A stretch of 64,000 nt of DNA from Octopus sinensis (taxonomy: Eukaryota): contig NC_043000.1 of NCBI RefSeq assembly GCF_006345805.1, positions 60,760,001 to 60,824,000 on the forward strand, read 5' to 3'. The translations under genes and the position numbers were made by a program. Position 1 is the first letter of the stretch. Each line of letters starts with the position of its first letter. Shown here piece after piece: positions 13,401 through 24,856 of the stretch. A model generated the notes under the pieces. That model worked only from the letters and a program-made list of their open reading frames with translations. It had not been told where the DNA came from and made no database searches.

Positions 13401-13644
13401 GACCAGAAGTACAAAATATCAGAAGTTAGAAATTAAGAGGTTTAGCGGTTTTTGAGATGTAGATTAGATAGATAGATAGATAGAATCTGTAGAAATGAGT
13501 TGTGAGGGGAGACTGGTATGTATGAGCAACTGTTGGTCTTCCATAATCAACCTAGCCTGGACTTGTGCCTTGAAGGGGAACTTTCTAGGTTCAATCCCAT
13601 GGTCATTCATGACCGAAGAGGGTCTACAAACTCACAGCATATCT

Positions 13645-14030
13645 TGCTGGGTGTGATGGAAAGTGTCAGCTTTCCACAGCCAGCAGACTAAGGTGACACT
13701 CATTTACTGGTCATGCTTCAAGAACTCTGTGAATTCTTGCAGTTCCAAGCAATGCTAATTTTTGTAGGTGCTCTACCTTTGCATTTATATCAATCTATTT
13801 GAGCCTTGATGGTAGTTGCGTGCTGATGCTTCCAAGTGCACCAATTACTCTAGGTACCACATCCACTCTCCTCATTGATCACAACCTTCGAATTTCCCAC
13901 TTCAAATCATCGTAGTTGTTCAGGTTTTCTTCTTCTTCTTTCTCTTTGATCTTGTTATCACCGGGTCATGCTATGTCAATCATCATGCATGTTCTCTTTT
14001 TCTTCTTTTATTGTCATTATTATTGAGAGA
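13645..14030 (-). mobile_element. R4/Dong-like non-LTR retrotransposon 3' fragment (restriction-like endonuclease)
   Basis: Minus frame RTCMMIDIA*PGDNKIKEKEEENLNNYDDLKWEIRRL*SMRRVDVVPRVIGALGSIS, the REL-endonuclease C-terminal motif. Confidence 0.8.
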
Positions 14031-14514
14031 GCAGTGCATGCCATCAAAGTGACATTGGTGTAAAATATACAAGGCCCAGTATACTGATCATGACTACCCA
14101 TCTGATAAGGGTACACCAGGCACATGCATCACATTCATATATGTGCAATATGATGATTTCATATCAAGATAAACAGCGCATGACCTTGCAGGCGGGGCTC
14201 AATTAGAATTTTCTTCAGGTTGAGTAGCCTATCCCACTCAAAAGGTTCTTGATTAAAGGTTGTTTAAGGATAATGAACGAAACACCCAAGTTTCCAGAGG
14301 TGAATTATCCAAACCCCAAAGAATCCCCCTCAACACATGGCTATAACTGATACTCCCCGACTACTTCTGCTCGTGATCAGAGATGCACATATCATCAGCC
14401 ACACCGCATTTTGGCTGTGGCTTTAGCTGGTTAAATCAACCTCAATATTAGGCTGGTACTGAGTGGTACTTTAATTTTATTAATTCAAAGAGAATGAATG
14501 CCAAAGCTTGTTAG

Positions 14515-14940
14515 GTGCAGGCATAGCTGTGTGGTAGGAAGTTTGCTTCTCAACCACATGGTCTTGGGTTCAGTCCCACTATATGGTACTTTGGGCAAAT
14601 GTTTTCTAACATAGCCCTGGGCCAACCGAAGCCTTGTGAGTGGATCTGTTAAACTGAAATTGAAGAAAGCCCATCATATGTGTGTGTGTGTGTGTATGTG
14701 TGTATGTGTGTGTTACAGCCTCCTTGCCTTGACTTCATGTGATAAATGTAAATGTCATCATCATGTAAGTGGTGTCCTCCATTTCCAATCTTCCATGAAA
14801 ACATGGAGAAATATTTACCTCACTTGGAAAACAGGTGAGGGTTGGAAACAAGAAGGGCATCCGGCTGTAAAAAATCTGTTTCAATAAATTCCATCTGACC
14901 CATGCAAATGTGGAAAAGAGGATCTTAAACGATGATATGA
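14515..14940 (+). mobile_element. tRNA-derived SINE variant with GAT tail
   Basis: Head GGTGCAGGCATAGCTGTGTGGTAGG shared with the 400-bp family; different 3' half containing GAAGGGCATCCGGCTGTAAAA. Confidence 0.75.
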
Positions 14941-15789
14941 CATAAGGCTACAAATTTTGAATCAAGTATTTGACTGGTACTATGTTTTATCAAACCCTAA
15001 AGGATCAAAAGGCAAAGTCAACCTTGATAAGATCCAAACTTGGAATGGAAAGAGATGCAATTAAATAGTGCAATGCATTTTGCCTGCTGTTTTAGTGATT
15101 CTACCATTCCAATACCCCTAAAGTACTATTCTGTTATATACATTTTGCTATATTTCGGTATGAGTTGATGACAACACTGTGAAGAGCATAGTATATTTAA
15201 CCTCATTAACTTTTTAATCAATGTGACACTATATTCTGTATATATAGGATATTTGTAAGATGTGATATCCATATGATCGACATATACTGGGACTTGAGAG
15301 CAATCTAAAGCATTTTCATATCACAATTTCTCAGCTTATAACTTCTGATTTACTAAAAAAAAAAAACACACATAAAACCCAACAACTATAAACAAATCTC
15401 CATAGGTAAATTTAGTTAATCCTTGTTATATACACATAATGAAAAATTGAGTAGGATGGAAGGGCATGAAATATGGTGAGAGTTGGATAAGTAGGCACAC
15501 CCAAATGTTCAATCAACTATATTTGTAACACAGCTCTGTTGGAATAGGATTGACTGGGGTGGGTGAACTTGAGAGGGGAAAGGAGGGCATACAACAATAT
15601 ATAATTAGATATTCCTTGTAAATGCCAATGACCATCATGACATTTCTGTTGCATAGGGTAACATGACACATTGATTTATGTGTGTGTGTTTGTGCGCACA
15701 TGTGTGTGAAAGCAGAAATGAAGGGGCAAACATTATGGTAAAACTTCACAATGTCATTTAATTTAGTTATATAATATTATAACATAACA

Positions 15790-16368
15790 CACTTGGCAAG
15801 CGCAAGTGTGACCATAACCTTGTGGCTTATGCTAGGGGGTGTAACCAGTCAACTTATGCGTGCCTTTCCTTCATTGGACACTAAACTCTGCTTGTGAAGA
15901 CCAGTTGAGGCAAGTGAAATCGAAATCAAACTCGGTGACTGGCATCTGTTGCTAGTGGAGCACTAAGAGTACCATACGAGTGAGATCATTGCCAGAGCAA
16001 CAAGCTGGCCTTTGTGCCGATGGCACATTAAACACACCATTCGAGCGTGATCGTTACCTGCGTTGCCTTACTAGCACTTGCGCTGGTGGCATGTGAAAAA
16101 AACATTCGAGCGAGGTCGTTGCCAGTGCCGCTGGACTGGCACATGTGCAGGTGGCACATAAAAAGCACCATTTGTGCGTGGCCGTTGCCAGTACCACCAA
16201 ATTGGCACATAAAAGCACCCACTACACTCCCAGAGTGGTTGGAGTTAGGAAGGGCATCCAGCTGTAGAAAGTCTGCCAGATCAGATTGGAGTCTGGTTCG
16301 CCAGACCTCAGTCAAATCGTCCAATCCATGCTAGCATGGAAAGTGGACGTTAAATGATGACGATGATG
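15790..16368 (+). mobile_element. RTE-type LINE 3' UTR with internal subrepeats
   Basis: Subrepeats of GGCAC..AAAAGCACC and CATTCGAGCG..GTCGTTGCCAG, conserved GGAAGGGCATCCAGCTGTAGAAA, and a (GAT)n tail. Confidence 0.75.
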
Positions 16369-17589
16369 AATATTATAACATAATGAAGAGATGTATTTAG
16401 TCTCTAACAGCTGTTTCTAGAACATCCCATCTATTGGAACTTCATGCTGAGCAAAGATTCCATGTGCCAAGTAAACAGTCATCAGAGAATGAAAAGATAA
16501 ACAGATGTAACTGTGGAAGAACATTACACAACAGCTAACTAATATTATTTATTGTTCATATTGTCTAAAAGAGGAGCAATTCAATTAAAGTCCAATTAAA
16601 ATATGTATTCATGAGGTAAATCCATGAACAAATGAAGAGAGTTGGTAATGTCCAAATAAAGAATTGTGTAGTTACGATCCATGGTAAGTGGAAAATAGGA
16701 GTTAGCAGTTCCAATGTTGGAAAAATACAATAGCTATATTCCATCCAATGTATTTCTGTACAGTTTCCACTGGCTCAGTTCCACTCACAAGGATTGGCTC
16801 AACCGAAAGCTATGACAGTAGACACAAGCCCAAGGTGTTAGGCATGTGGTAATAAGATAGACATATTGTAAAATATCAAAAAGTTGGGGAAACAATTATA
16901 TCTTATTTATCACAGAAATAATTTGTTGCTATTCCCCCACACCTGATAAGTTTAGATAGAAAAGTGGTATATATTGTTTATTTTAGGCACATCAGCTCAT
17001 ATACGAGTGGGTATCTGTGTGAAACTTAGAATATGTAAAAACTGGTTATTTGTAGTTATTTAAGTCTGTCGGAATGTCAAAATTTCTATTTTATTATGCT
17101 TATCAAATTTTAATGCTTATTCATATTGTTTTGAATTAATCATGTATTATGTTGTAGCTTTGATATTTTGATGATGTGATTTTTAGAACAACATTGCAGG
17201 GTAGGTGTGAGAGGCCACATTTGGGTAAGTTGAATATAAAACAGGTTGAATATTTGGTTCAGACAAGGCCAGTTTAAATGCTAAAGAATGAAACTGATCT
17301 ATTCCTGGCATATTGTAGATCTCAAATGTTTGAAAGAAATATTTGAATATCCGAAATATAAAATTATAATGGAGCAAGTTGATAAAAAAATTGAAGGTTT
17401 GTCACTATATATATATATATATAAATATAAATATTAGGGAATAATCCAAATTTACAAAATAGGATATCGATTTTATATATATATATAAATATTATTCGAG
17501 ACAAAACCATATTTATGCACAAATATCATACATAATTTTTAATAAATATCACACATACATCATACAATCACATGGACATATTCATGTTG

Positions 17590-17601
17590 CAAATAGTCTC
17601 G

Positions 17602-17645
<44 letters not shown>

Positions 17646-17727
17646 CACACACACACACACGTATATATATATATATATATATATTACATACATACATACA
17701 CACACACACACATATATATATATATAC
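17590..17727. repeat. (TA)n/(CA)n compound microsatellite
   Basis: Read directly from the sequence. Confidence 0.95.
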
Positions 17728-19170
17728 ATTTTCTGTGAACATCTAGATTCCTTATTCTCTTTTGTCAAATCTTTCCATCCTACTCTCCACTTTCCCTGCA
17801 CTATCTCTGACACCTTTGTCTCCTTTCTTGACATTTCAGTCAGCATTCATCACTCCACTCTCACCACCTCCATCCACTATAAACACACACAGACTCACGC
17901 TCATACCTCAACTTCTCCTCCTCCCACCCTAAACACACCAAGCTTTCCATCCTCTATTCCCAATTCCTCCATCTAAGCAGGTTCTGTAGTAACGGCCATA
18001 ACCTTGAGACTCGGTCTCAACTCATGGCTTGCCACTTCATCCTATGTGGATATCCCCTCACCACTATCTACACCACCCTTGCCAGAGCATGTTCCGTGGA
18101 CCGTGCATCTGCTCTCTCCTTGAACCTGCCCCGCTGTATCCTGCCTCCCATTTCCCCTTACCTACCACCCCACCACTCTACCTCTCCAACACACCATTCT
18201 CCGAGCCTTCCGGAGACTCCAGTCTGACCCCTCCACTTCGCACATCTTTTCTAACTGACCCCTCCTCTCCTTCAAATGAACCCACAACGTACGAGACCTC
18301 TTGGTTCACAACTTCTTCCCTAACCCAACCTGGCTCGTTCTCCTGCTCCCGCCCATGCTACCACACTTGCCCTTACCTCTCCAACACCACCCTCCTCACC
18401 GGCACCCATCATTGACCCTATCACATCACTGACTCCTTCACCTGCACTTCTACCAATGTCATCTACTGCATCTCCTGCTCTCTTTGCCCTTCTCTATACA
18501 TCGGGCATACGGGACAGCACTTGGCTGACTGGTTCGCGGAACACCTCTGAGATATCCAACTTGGCAATGACACCCCGGTCTTGCGCCATTTCTGCTCTAC
18601 CGGTTACTCTTTGCAGCACCTGACTGTGTTTGGATTGTCCTTGCACAGGGGCCATCTGGACTTCCATTTGTACTGTGAACAGGGATTAATCTCTCTTCTC
18701 TCCTTTGCACCACATGGGCTCGACTCTCCTCCTCTCTTCATCTAACCTCCTCCCCTCACCTCTCTCCCCCTCACACCTACTTCCTCCCACCCACCTCTCC
18801 TCTCTTGCTCCAACTCCTACTTCTTCTCTTCACTCCTACCCACCTTCTCCTTCCCCCATTCATCGTCACCCCTTCCTTGTAACCTCACCTCACCCCTACA
18901 CATTCCAACCCACCTTCACTAGCCTTCCCATCCCACCCCACCCCCTACACCTACTCCCAAATACCCCAACCCCACCCCACCTCTACTCCCACCCTCTGCC
19001 TACCCACACATCCCACCTCTACCCCACCCTCTGCCTACCCACATACCCCGCCTCTACCCCCACCCTCAGCCTAACCCCACCCTCAGCCTAACCCACATGC
19101 CACCCTTGCTTTCCTTACTCTTGCCTCTCCCACCTCCCAACACCATCATACCACTATACCACCATACTAC
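17728..19170 (+). mobile_element. Second Penelope-like element (RT thumb + GIY-YIG + C-rich 3' tract), 5' truncated
   Basis: SFVKSFHPTLHFPCTISDTFVSFLDISV...TSIHYK, then FTCTSTNVIYCISCSLCPSLYIGHTGQHLADWFAEHL*DIQ (VIY...YIG). C-rich low-complexity tail at 18720-19170. Confidence 0.9.
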
Positions 19171-19439
19171 ACAACCCTATTCATGTATATTTTCAGTCAG
19201 AAATATTTCTGCAAAACTGTCGTATGTGCTGCATACTACACTTTTGAAAAATGCTAAACCATTGTACTATGCTTTGATAATTTTCATCTGAAGCAGCTGG
19301 AGATATAATGGAATTGAAGGCTTGTGATACCTGTGGAGTATCTCCTTCTCCCATTATAATTTATTTCTGTAGTCTTAAGGATCTGGAACACAAAGAAGAA
19401 GTTTACAAGCTGAGTGCAATTCAATAGTCGTTTATTTTT

Positions 19440-20034
19440 AGTTCTCGTTCATGTGGCTCACTCCCAGTGACCATCTTTATGGCAGCGCATGGTTCATTAT
19501 AGCTCCATGCCAAATGTAGAGGGGATGCCCAAGGGCTGGTGGAGGAGCGAATAAGGCCGAGTTGAAGCATATGCTCAAACTCAGATAAAGCCTTTTTGAG
19601 CAGATCAGGAGCGAGTCGCCGTGGACTGAAAAGATGGGTGGGCCATATAATGGCGAGTTGAGTGTGTGACTTCGATTGATTTGAAAGTCGGATCTACCAG
19701 CTCTTGGAAAGAAGCCAACAGGGAGTGGAACTGGTCACCAGCAGTGGTGACTGAAAACAGCATTATTAGTAACCTGAGTAGGTGTAAACAAAGATGTAGA
19801 ATTGTCCATGAGTCTCTGTCGCCTGACATCTAGTAATAAGTGACAGTGGTTTAAGAAATCCACGCCCAGAATGGGGTACGGTAGATCTGCTATAACAAAA
19901 ACCCACCTAAAATCCCTTCGAAGGTTTAGATCTAGGTGTAATGAGACCTGACCATAAGTTTTTATCTGGGATAGATTCACCGCGTGCAGGTTGATGGCAG
20001 ATTGTTTCTCGGACATGGTAATGGCTACCAGCGA
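19440..20034 (-). mobile_element. Gypsy LTR retrotransposon pol fragment (protease C-half to RT N-terminus)
   Basis: ISLVA..LHAVNLSQIKTYGQVSLHLDLNLRRDFRWVFVIADLPYPILGVDFL, then after a frameshift KKALSEFEHMLQLGLIRSSTSPWASPLHL. Confidence 0.9.
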
Positions 20035-20661
20035 GATCTTGTACAAAATGGCTCTGGCTTCTTGTGCCTCGCTACAATATGATAGTTTGACCAAAAGAAC
20101 CAGCTATCGCAAGCAAAATTGAATATTGATAAAAAAATTTTTTAAAAAACTTACCTTTTGACTGACAGATTTAAAAAATAATTTTTTGTAACTAAACACT
20201 TTCAAACTTCGGACGTTGGTAGAATGTGTCATATAAAACATCTTTTACTCTAAGCATTTTTGAGAAAAACTTATATTTACAAAGTTATTTCACACTAAAG
20301 TTGTCCTATTTTGGTAATTTCAACCAATCAATGACGTGTATTCAACTGAATAAAATTACTGCCGTTGTTTGTCAACAACAACTATTGGCGATGTGTTTTT
20401 CGTTTGTCACTGTTATTTATGACATCGTTCGTGCGTTTGTACTGGTTTTAGCTTTAAGGTTTTAGGGTTAGCGTGTTAGGGTTAGGGTTTTAGGGTTAGG
20501 GTTTTAGGGTTAGCAAAAAAATATATACACATATGGTTTCTGTCTATCTACACATGTAGAAGAGTATATTGTTATAATAAAACTCGCAAATCTTGTCAAA
20601 TAGAGCTACACAGGGTTTTCTGGTCGAAATAATTTATTTCACCATTTTCCAATCTGAGATC
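20035..20661. mobile_element. GATC-bounded non-autonomous DNA element with internal TTAGGG/TTTTAGGG repeats
   Basis: GATC at 20035-20038 and 20658-20661, with imperfect terminal similarity GATCT..AAAATGG. 20150-20400 is homologous to 41355-41608(-) and to the arms of 50633-51402. Telomere-like run at about 20460-20512. Confidence 0.65.
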
Positions 20662-20828
20662 AAGACCATTTGTCAGTTGTCTTTTGAGAAGATGACGATT
20701 AAACAAGAGATGCGGTATTTAACAAGATTTGTGGTTTTATTGTAACATTACTTTTACACTCTTAGGTGACCGAGTGTTATACTACTTGTTGAAGCCTTAC
20801 CGTATTACACACACACACACACACGAAC

Positions 20829-20864
<36 letters not shown>

Positions 20865-21010
20865 GAACACCGGGGACGTTTAATATGAGAACACCGGAAA
20901 CGTATAACAAAGAACTCCGCGAACATTCAACAAGTGAAAACTGTATAACATTATTCCGAAAACTATCTAAAAATAACGACTAAGTTTGAAGCAATTGTGG
21001 CTAAAGCAAC

Positions 21011-21925
21011 ATGGAAAATCTTGAACAGAACGAACAAGAATACAATTCTACAACTAATGCAAACCCTGCGTTTAACTGGATAAGTATAACTGCTTGTATT
21101 GCAGTCATCATAATATTCGCGCTCAACGCGTTGTTAACGATTGCCATTTTCCTAGATCGTAGAGTCTATGAAAAAACACGCTCTTTCGTACTGTTGACTT
21201 ATATGTTTAACTACACACTGTTTGCCTTGCTTTTTTATTTCCGTTACGTACACATTTTTATATTCAATGATTTGCCACTGTCTAGCTGCTTAGTGATTTT
21301 TATACTAAGTTCCGTGGCTGAGGAGGGTGCTGTTTATTTCATGCTCCCTATTTGTTGCGATTTTATCGTAAAATACTTTAAACCAAGCAAATATGAAAGT
21401 CAAAGTTTTCTGTGCGTGCAGATCATATTAACAGTGGTTTTGTGGGCTTTTATCTGGATCAAAGTATTATCAATGACTCTAGCTGGCTCATATTACGAAG
21501 GTGGCTCATGTAAGATATTCTTAGATACTATTTCCTACCATATCTATTTAGCTATAGTGAACTTATATATTATGTCAATGCTAGTATTTGTATGTCTATT
21601 GATCAGCATTGCCGCGAAGAGTAGAGAAAATGATACAATGAAATCATCATTAATAACTGTGATAGTTATTGGTGTATTCATCATAGTTGTCTACTCTATT
21701 GAAAACATTACGTATTTTCTAATGTATAAAAAAATAGTTGAACAAAAGATTTACATAGCGTTTTTAATATTCATGTCAAGATTTTTAGTGGTGCCGTTTT
21801 TGTGGCTTTCTGATACAAGTCTAAAACGAAGTATTCGGAAATTATGTTGCGGGAAACGTAAAGACTTCACAGTACCTCCATCACATGAAATGACTGATCT
21901 AATGCAATCACATAAAGTGATGTAA
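21011..21925 (+). CDS. Intronless divergent class A (rhodopsin-like) 7TM receptor, orphan or putative chemosensory GPCR, 304 aa
   Basis: Longest ORF in the window, with an in-frame TAA at -9 and Kozak AAC ATG G. Seven hydrophobic segments; N-terminal NST sequon; N1.50 (LNALL); Cys at the top of TM3 and in ECL2; W4.50; P7.50; helix 8 ending in KLCC. ATTAAA at 22003-22008. Confidence 0.9.
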   Translation: MENLEQNEQEYNSTTNANPAFNWISITACIAVIIIFALNALLTIAIFLDRRVYEKTRSFVLLTYMFNYTLFALLFYFRYVHIFIFNDLPLSSCLVIFILSSVAEEGAVYFMLPICCDFIVKYFKPSKYESQSFLCVQIILTVVLWAFIWIKVLSMTLAGSYYEGGSCKIFLDTISYHIYLAIVNLYIMSMLVFVCLLISIAAKSRENDTMKSSLITVIVIGVFIIVVYSIENITYFLMYKKIVEQKIYIAFLIFMSRFLVVPFLWLSDTSLKRSIRKLCCGKRKDFTVPPSHEMTDLMQSHKVM

Positions 21926-22884
21926 AAACTGTACTATATTAATTTCTATAGTACTATAAATTTATCTGTTATATCAGCTTGCCTAGTTCTTTATGTAATA
22001 CTATTAAACATTATATCTTCTACTGTACAAATACTTTCTTACTTCATGGGATGGGGGTCATCACAGGTTAGAGGTCCCAGAGACATCGCAATGCATAGAG
22101 CTGACCAGTTTCACCAGTGCTCACCATTGCATCCTCAAAGGTGACATCAAGCCTCTGGAAATCTTCCCCAATCACATCCAGCTATCTGGTGTGGGGCTTG
22201 CTATGAGGCCTCTTCCAGCCAGCAGCTGCTGCATCGAATGCAAGTAAAGCCCTGATAGGATGATCTAGTAGGAGATTACACACACACACTCACACACATA
22301 TATATATATAAATTTAATGCACAATATATGGATTTATCTAATCTGGTGGTACTCACAAAAAGCTCCTTTAGTGGACCAGGGTACAAACCATGTAGTAAAT
22401 CAAATCATAGGGGTGTAATGCATATATATATATATAGAAAGAGACATGTAGAATCAGGTGTATGTGCAGATAAGAATAGACATCACAGAAAGACAGAATG
22501 AACTAAACAGAATAGGAAGACATGGGATGGAGAATTACTGAAGAGGTCACAAGATGTGTGATGATAGATTTAAGACAAAGAACACTAAAATAAGAACAAT
22601 AATAAGACCAAGTATATAGTAAAAATGTGTGGATGTATGTACATGTGTGTGAGTGTGTATATGCACGAACGCGAAAATATTTGTCTAAGTATTAATCTTC
22701 CTTTCACCTTCTACTTTCTTTTTTCCCTAAGCAGTTATTACAGCGGAAGCTGATTATATCATTTTATCTAAACTGGAATGTATGCTTTCCATGTTCATAT
22801 TTGAATTTTTTGCTTTTATTAATTTTCAAACTCGATGGACATATAACAAGAAGCCTGCTGACACTAAAAATCTCTAGTGAAACT

Positions 22885-22946
22885 TCTTTATCAATGTACC
22901 TGAAGAGACCCAGACTGATGGGTCGAAACATGTTGTACATGATAAA
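22885..22946 (+). ncRNA. Minimal type I hammerhead ribozyme
   Basis: Stem I ATGTAC(22894-99)/GTACAT(22935-40), extended by TTTATC/GATAAA. CTGAAGA core 22900-06; stem II GACCCA/TGGGTC; GAAA 22925-28; palindromic mini stem III ACATGT; GUU cleavage triplet ending at 22934. Confidence 0.85.
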
Positions 22947-23593
22947 AGTCTAATACAAAATCCATCTCTTACTATTAATTAATACTGCCACTGTGAAGTT
23001 CCTGAAGTAAATCCAATGGAAGCGTACCACAACTACAGATAACAACAGATAGCCTGAACTGTGCTGGTGCTCTACTCAGCATTTAAACGCACTAACCTAA
23101 TTATACATATTTGTCTAAATTTTCTATTATATATATATATATTCTATGTGAATTCTGTGCACCACAGTGATTCCATTGATTTGGAAAAACTTGCTAATGA
23201 CTAAGAATTGGATGAATTACAACAACTGAAGAACTCTGTATCATCTTTAAAATTTTATCTGGTTTCTCTGCCTGCTTCCATGGAGTGTATATGGTATGAT
23301 ATTTCTATGGATCTTGAATGACCTTTGGTACCTGCTAAACAGACTCCCAGTCTTTTTCTGCTTTTTACAATTCATTTCACCATATTGACACAATTTAAAA
23401 AAGCTCAACTTGATGCGAATACATTTGACGCACAATGATAAAATTACTTATTCATACACAGACACCTTCAGCACATAAATCTGTTGTTCCTAAAACAAGA
23501 CATTACTATATTACTCTTAAAAGTGGCAGAAAAGTTCATTGGCTGGCCAAGTATGAACATGTATTTTATGTATGATACCACATTTCTGTGCTA

Positions 23594-24856
23594 CCAGGTC
23601 ATCCCATAAGTTCTGTCTGATTTTACCTTTTTTTAAAATTGAATGAAATTTAATAGTATTTTAGAATGTCTAATGGAATTAAAAATCATTTTTATGCATT
23701 TGTGTACATTTAAACTAATTGAATATTATTTTACAGAATAATAGAATTAAAATTTCTTTGATTAAAACCCTTTTTAACATGGAAGTATCTAAAGAGCATT
23801 TGAGGCACATAATCCTTTATGAGTACAAAAAGGGAAACTCTGCAGCCGAAGCGACTCGAAACATACACTCAGTTTATGAGAAGAATGCTTGAACGAAAGA
23901 ACTTGCAGAAGCTGGTTTGCAAAATTCAGAAGTGGAGATTTCAGCCTAGAAGATGAAGATTGAACAGGAGGTCCATTTAAGTTTGATGATAAGCTCCGTG
24001 AGGCACTACTTGAAGAAAATCCTACATTATCATTTGAAGAATTGGCAATAAAGCTTAGTTCAAACCATACAACTGTTTATCGTCATCTTCAACAACTTGG
24101 AAAATGGGGGCCTCATGAATTGTTCAACAGCAACCGCAAATCCCAAGTTGACAACTGCTCTTCTCTCCATTCTCATGAACTCATTTCACCCTTTTTGGAT
24201 AGGCTTGTGACAAAAAGTGGATCTTCTATTGAAATGTTAATCGTCATAAACAGTGGCTTGATAAAAGGGAAAAAGCTCAACCACAACTGAGAAGGGAACT
24301 TCATGGAAAAAAGGTTCTTCTCTCTATCTGGCGGGATAGCAAAGGAGTAATTTACTTTGACTTGTTACCACCTAATGCAACAATCAATGCTCAAGTCTAC
24401 TGTCAGCAGTTAGAGCGTTTGAACCAAACTTTGAAGAAAAAAAGACTCACTTTAGTGAATTGAAAAGGAGTGATATTTCATCAGGACAATGTATGACCCC
24501 ACACTGCAAAGATCACATCACAGAAGATCGAAGAGCTTGGTTGGGAAAAAATTCCTCATCCACCTTATTCTCCTGACCTTGCTCCTTCAGACTACCATTT
24601 GTTTCGTAGTTTACAGAATCATTTGGGGGATATAACTTTCGCAAGCCCAGAGGAGGTCGAAACTGACATTTCAGAGTTCTTTGCTTTGAAACCAAAAGAG
24701 TTTTACATTGATGGGATTAAAAAGCTTGTAAATAGATGGGAGGAAGTCATAGATAATCAGGGAAAGTACACTGATGATTAAATTTCAATTAAATATAACA
24801 TTTGATCACTTGTTTTCTTTATTCAAAATTCAGACAGAACTTATGGGATGACCTGG
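23594..24856 (+). mobile_element. Full-length mariner element (DD34D) with transposase pseudogene 23779-24781
   Basis: Perfect 27-bp TIRs CCAGGTCATCCCATAAGTTCTGTCTGA and TA TSDs. Motifs W(G)PHEL, HQDN and YSPDLAPSDYHLF with 34 residues between the last two Asp. Several stops and deletions; the first catalytic D is deleted. Confidence 0.95.

Noticed and set aside
20460-20512. TTAGGG run as a true or fused telomere
   Set aside because: Short, mixed with TTTTAGGG, and internal to a dispersed repeat family.
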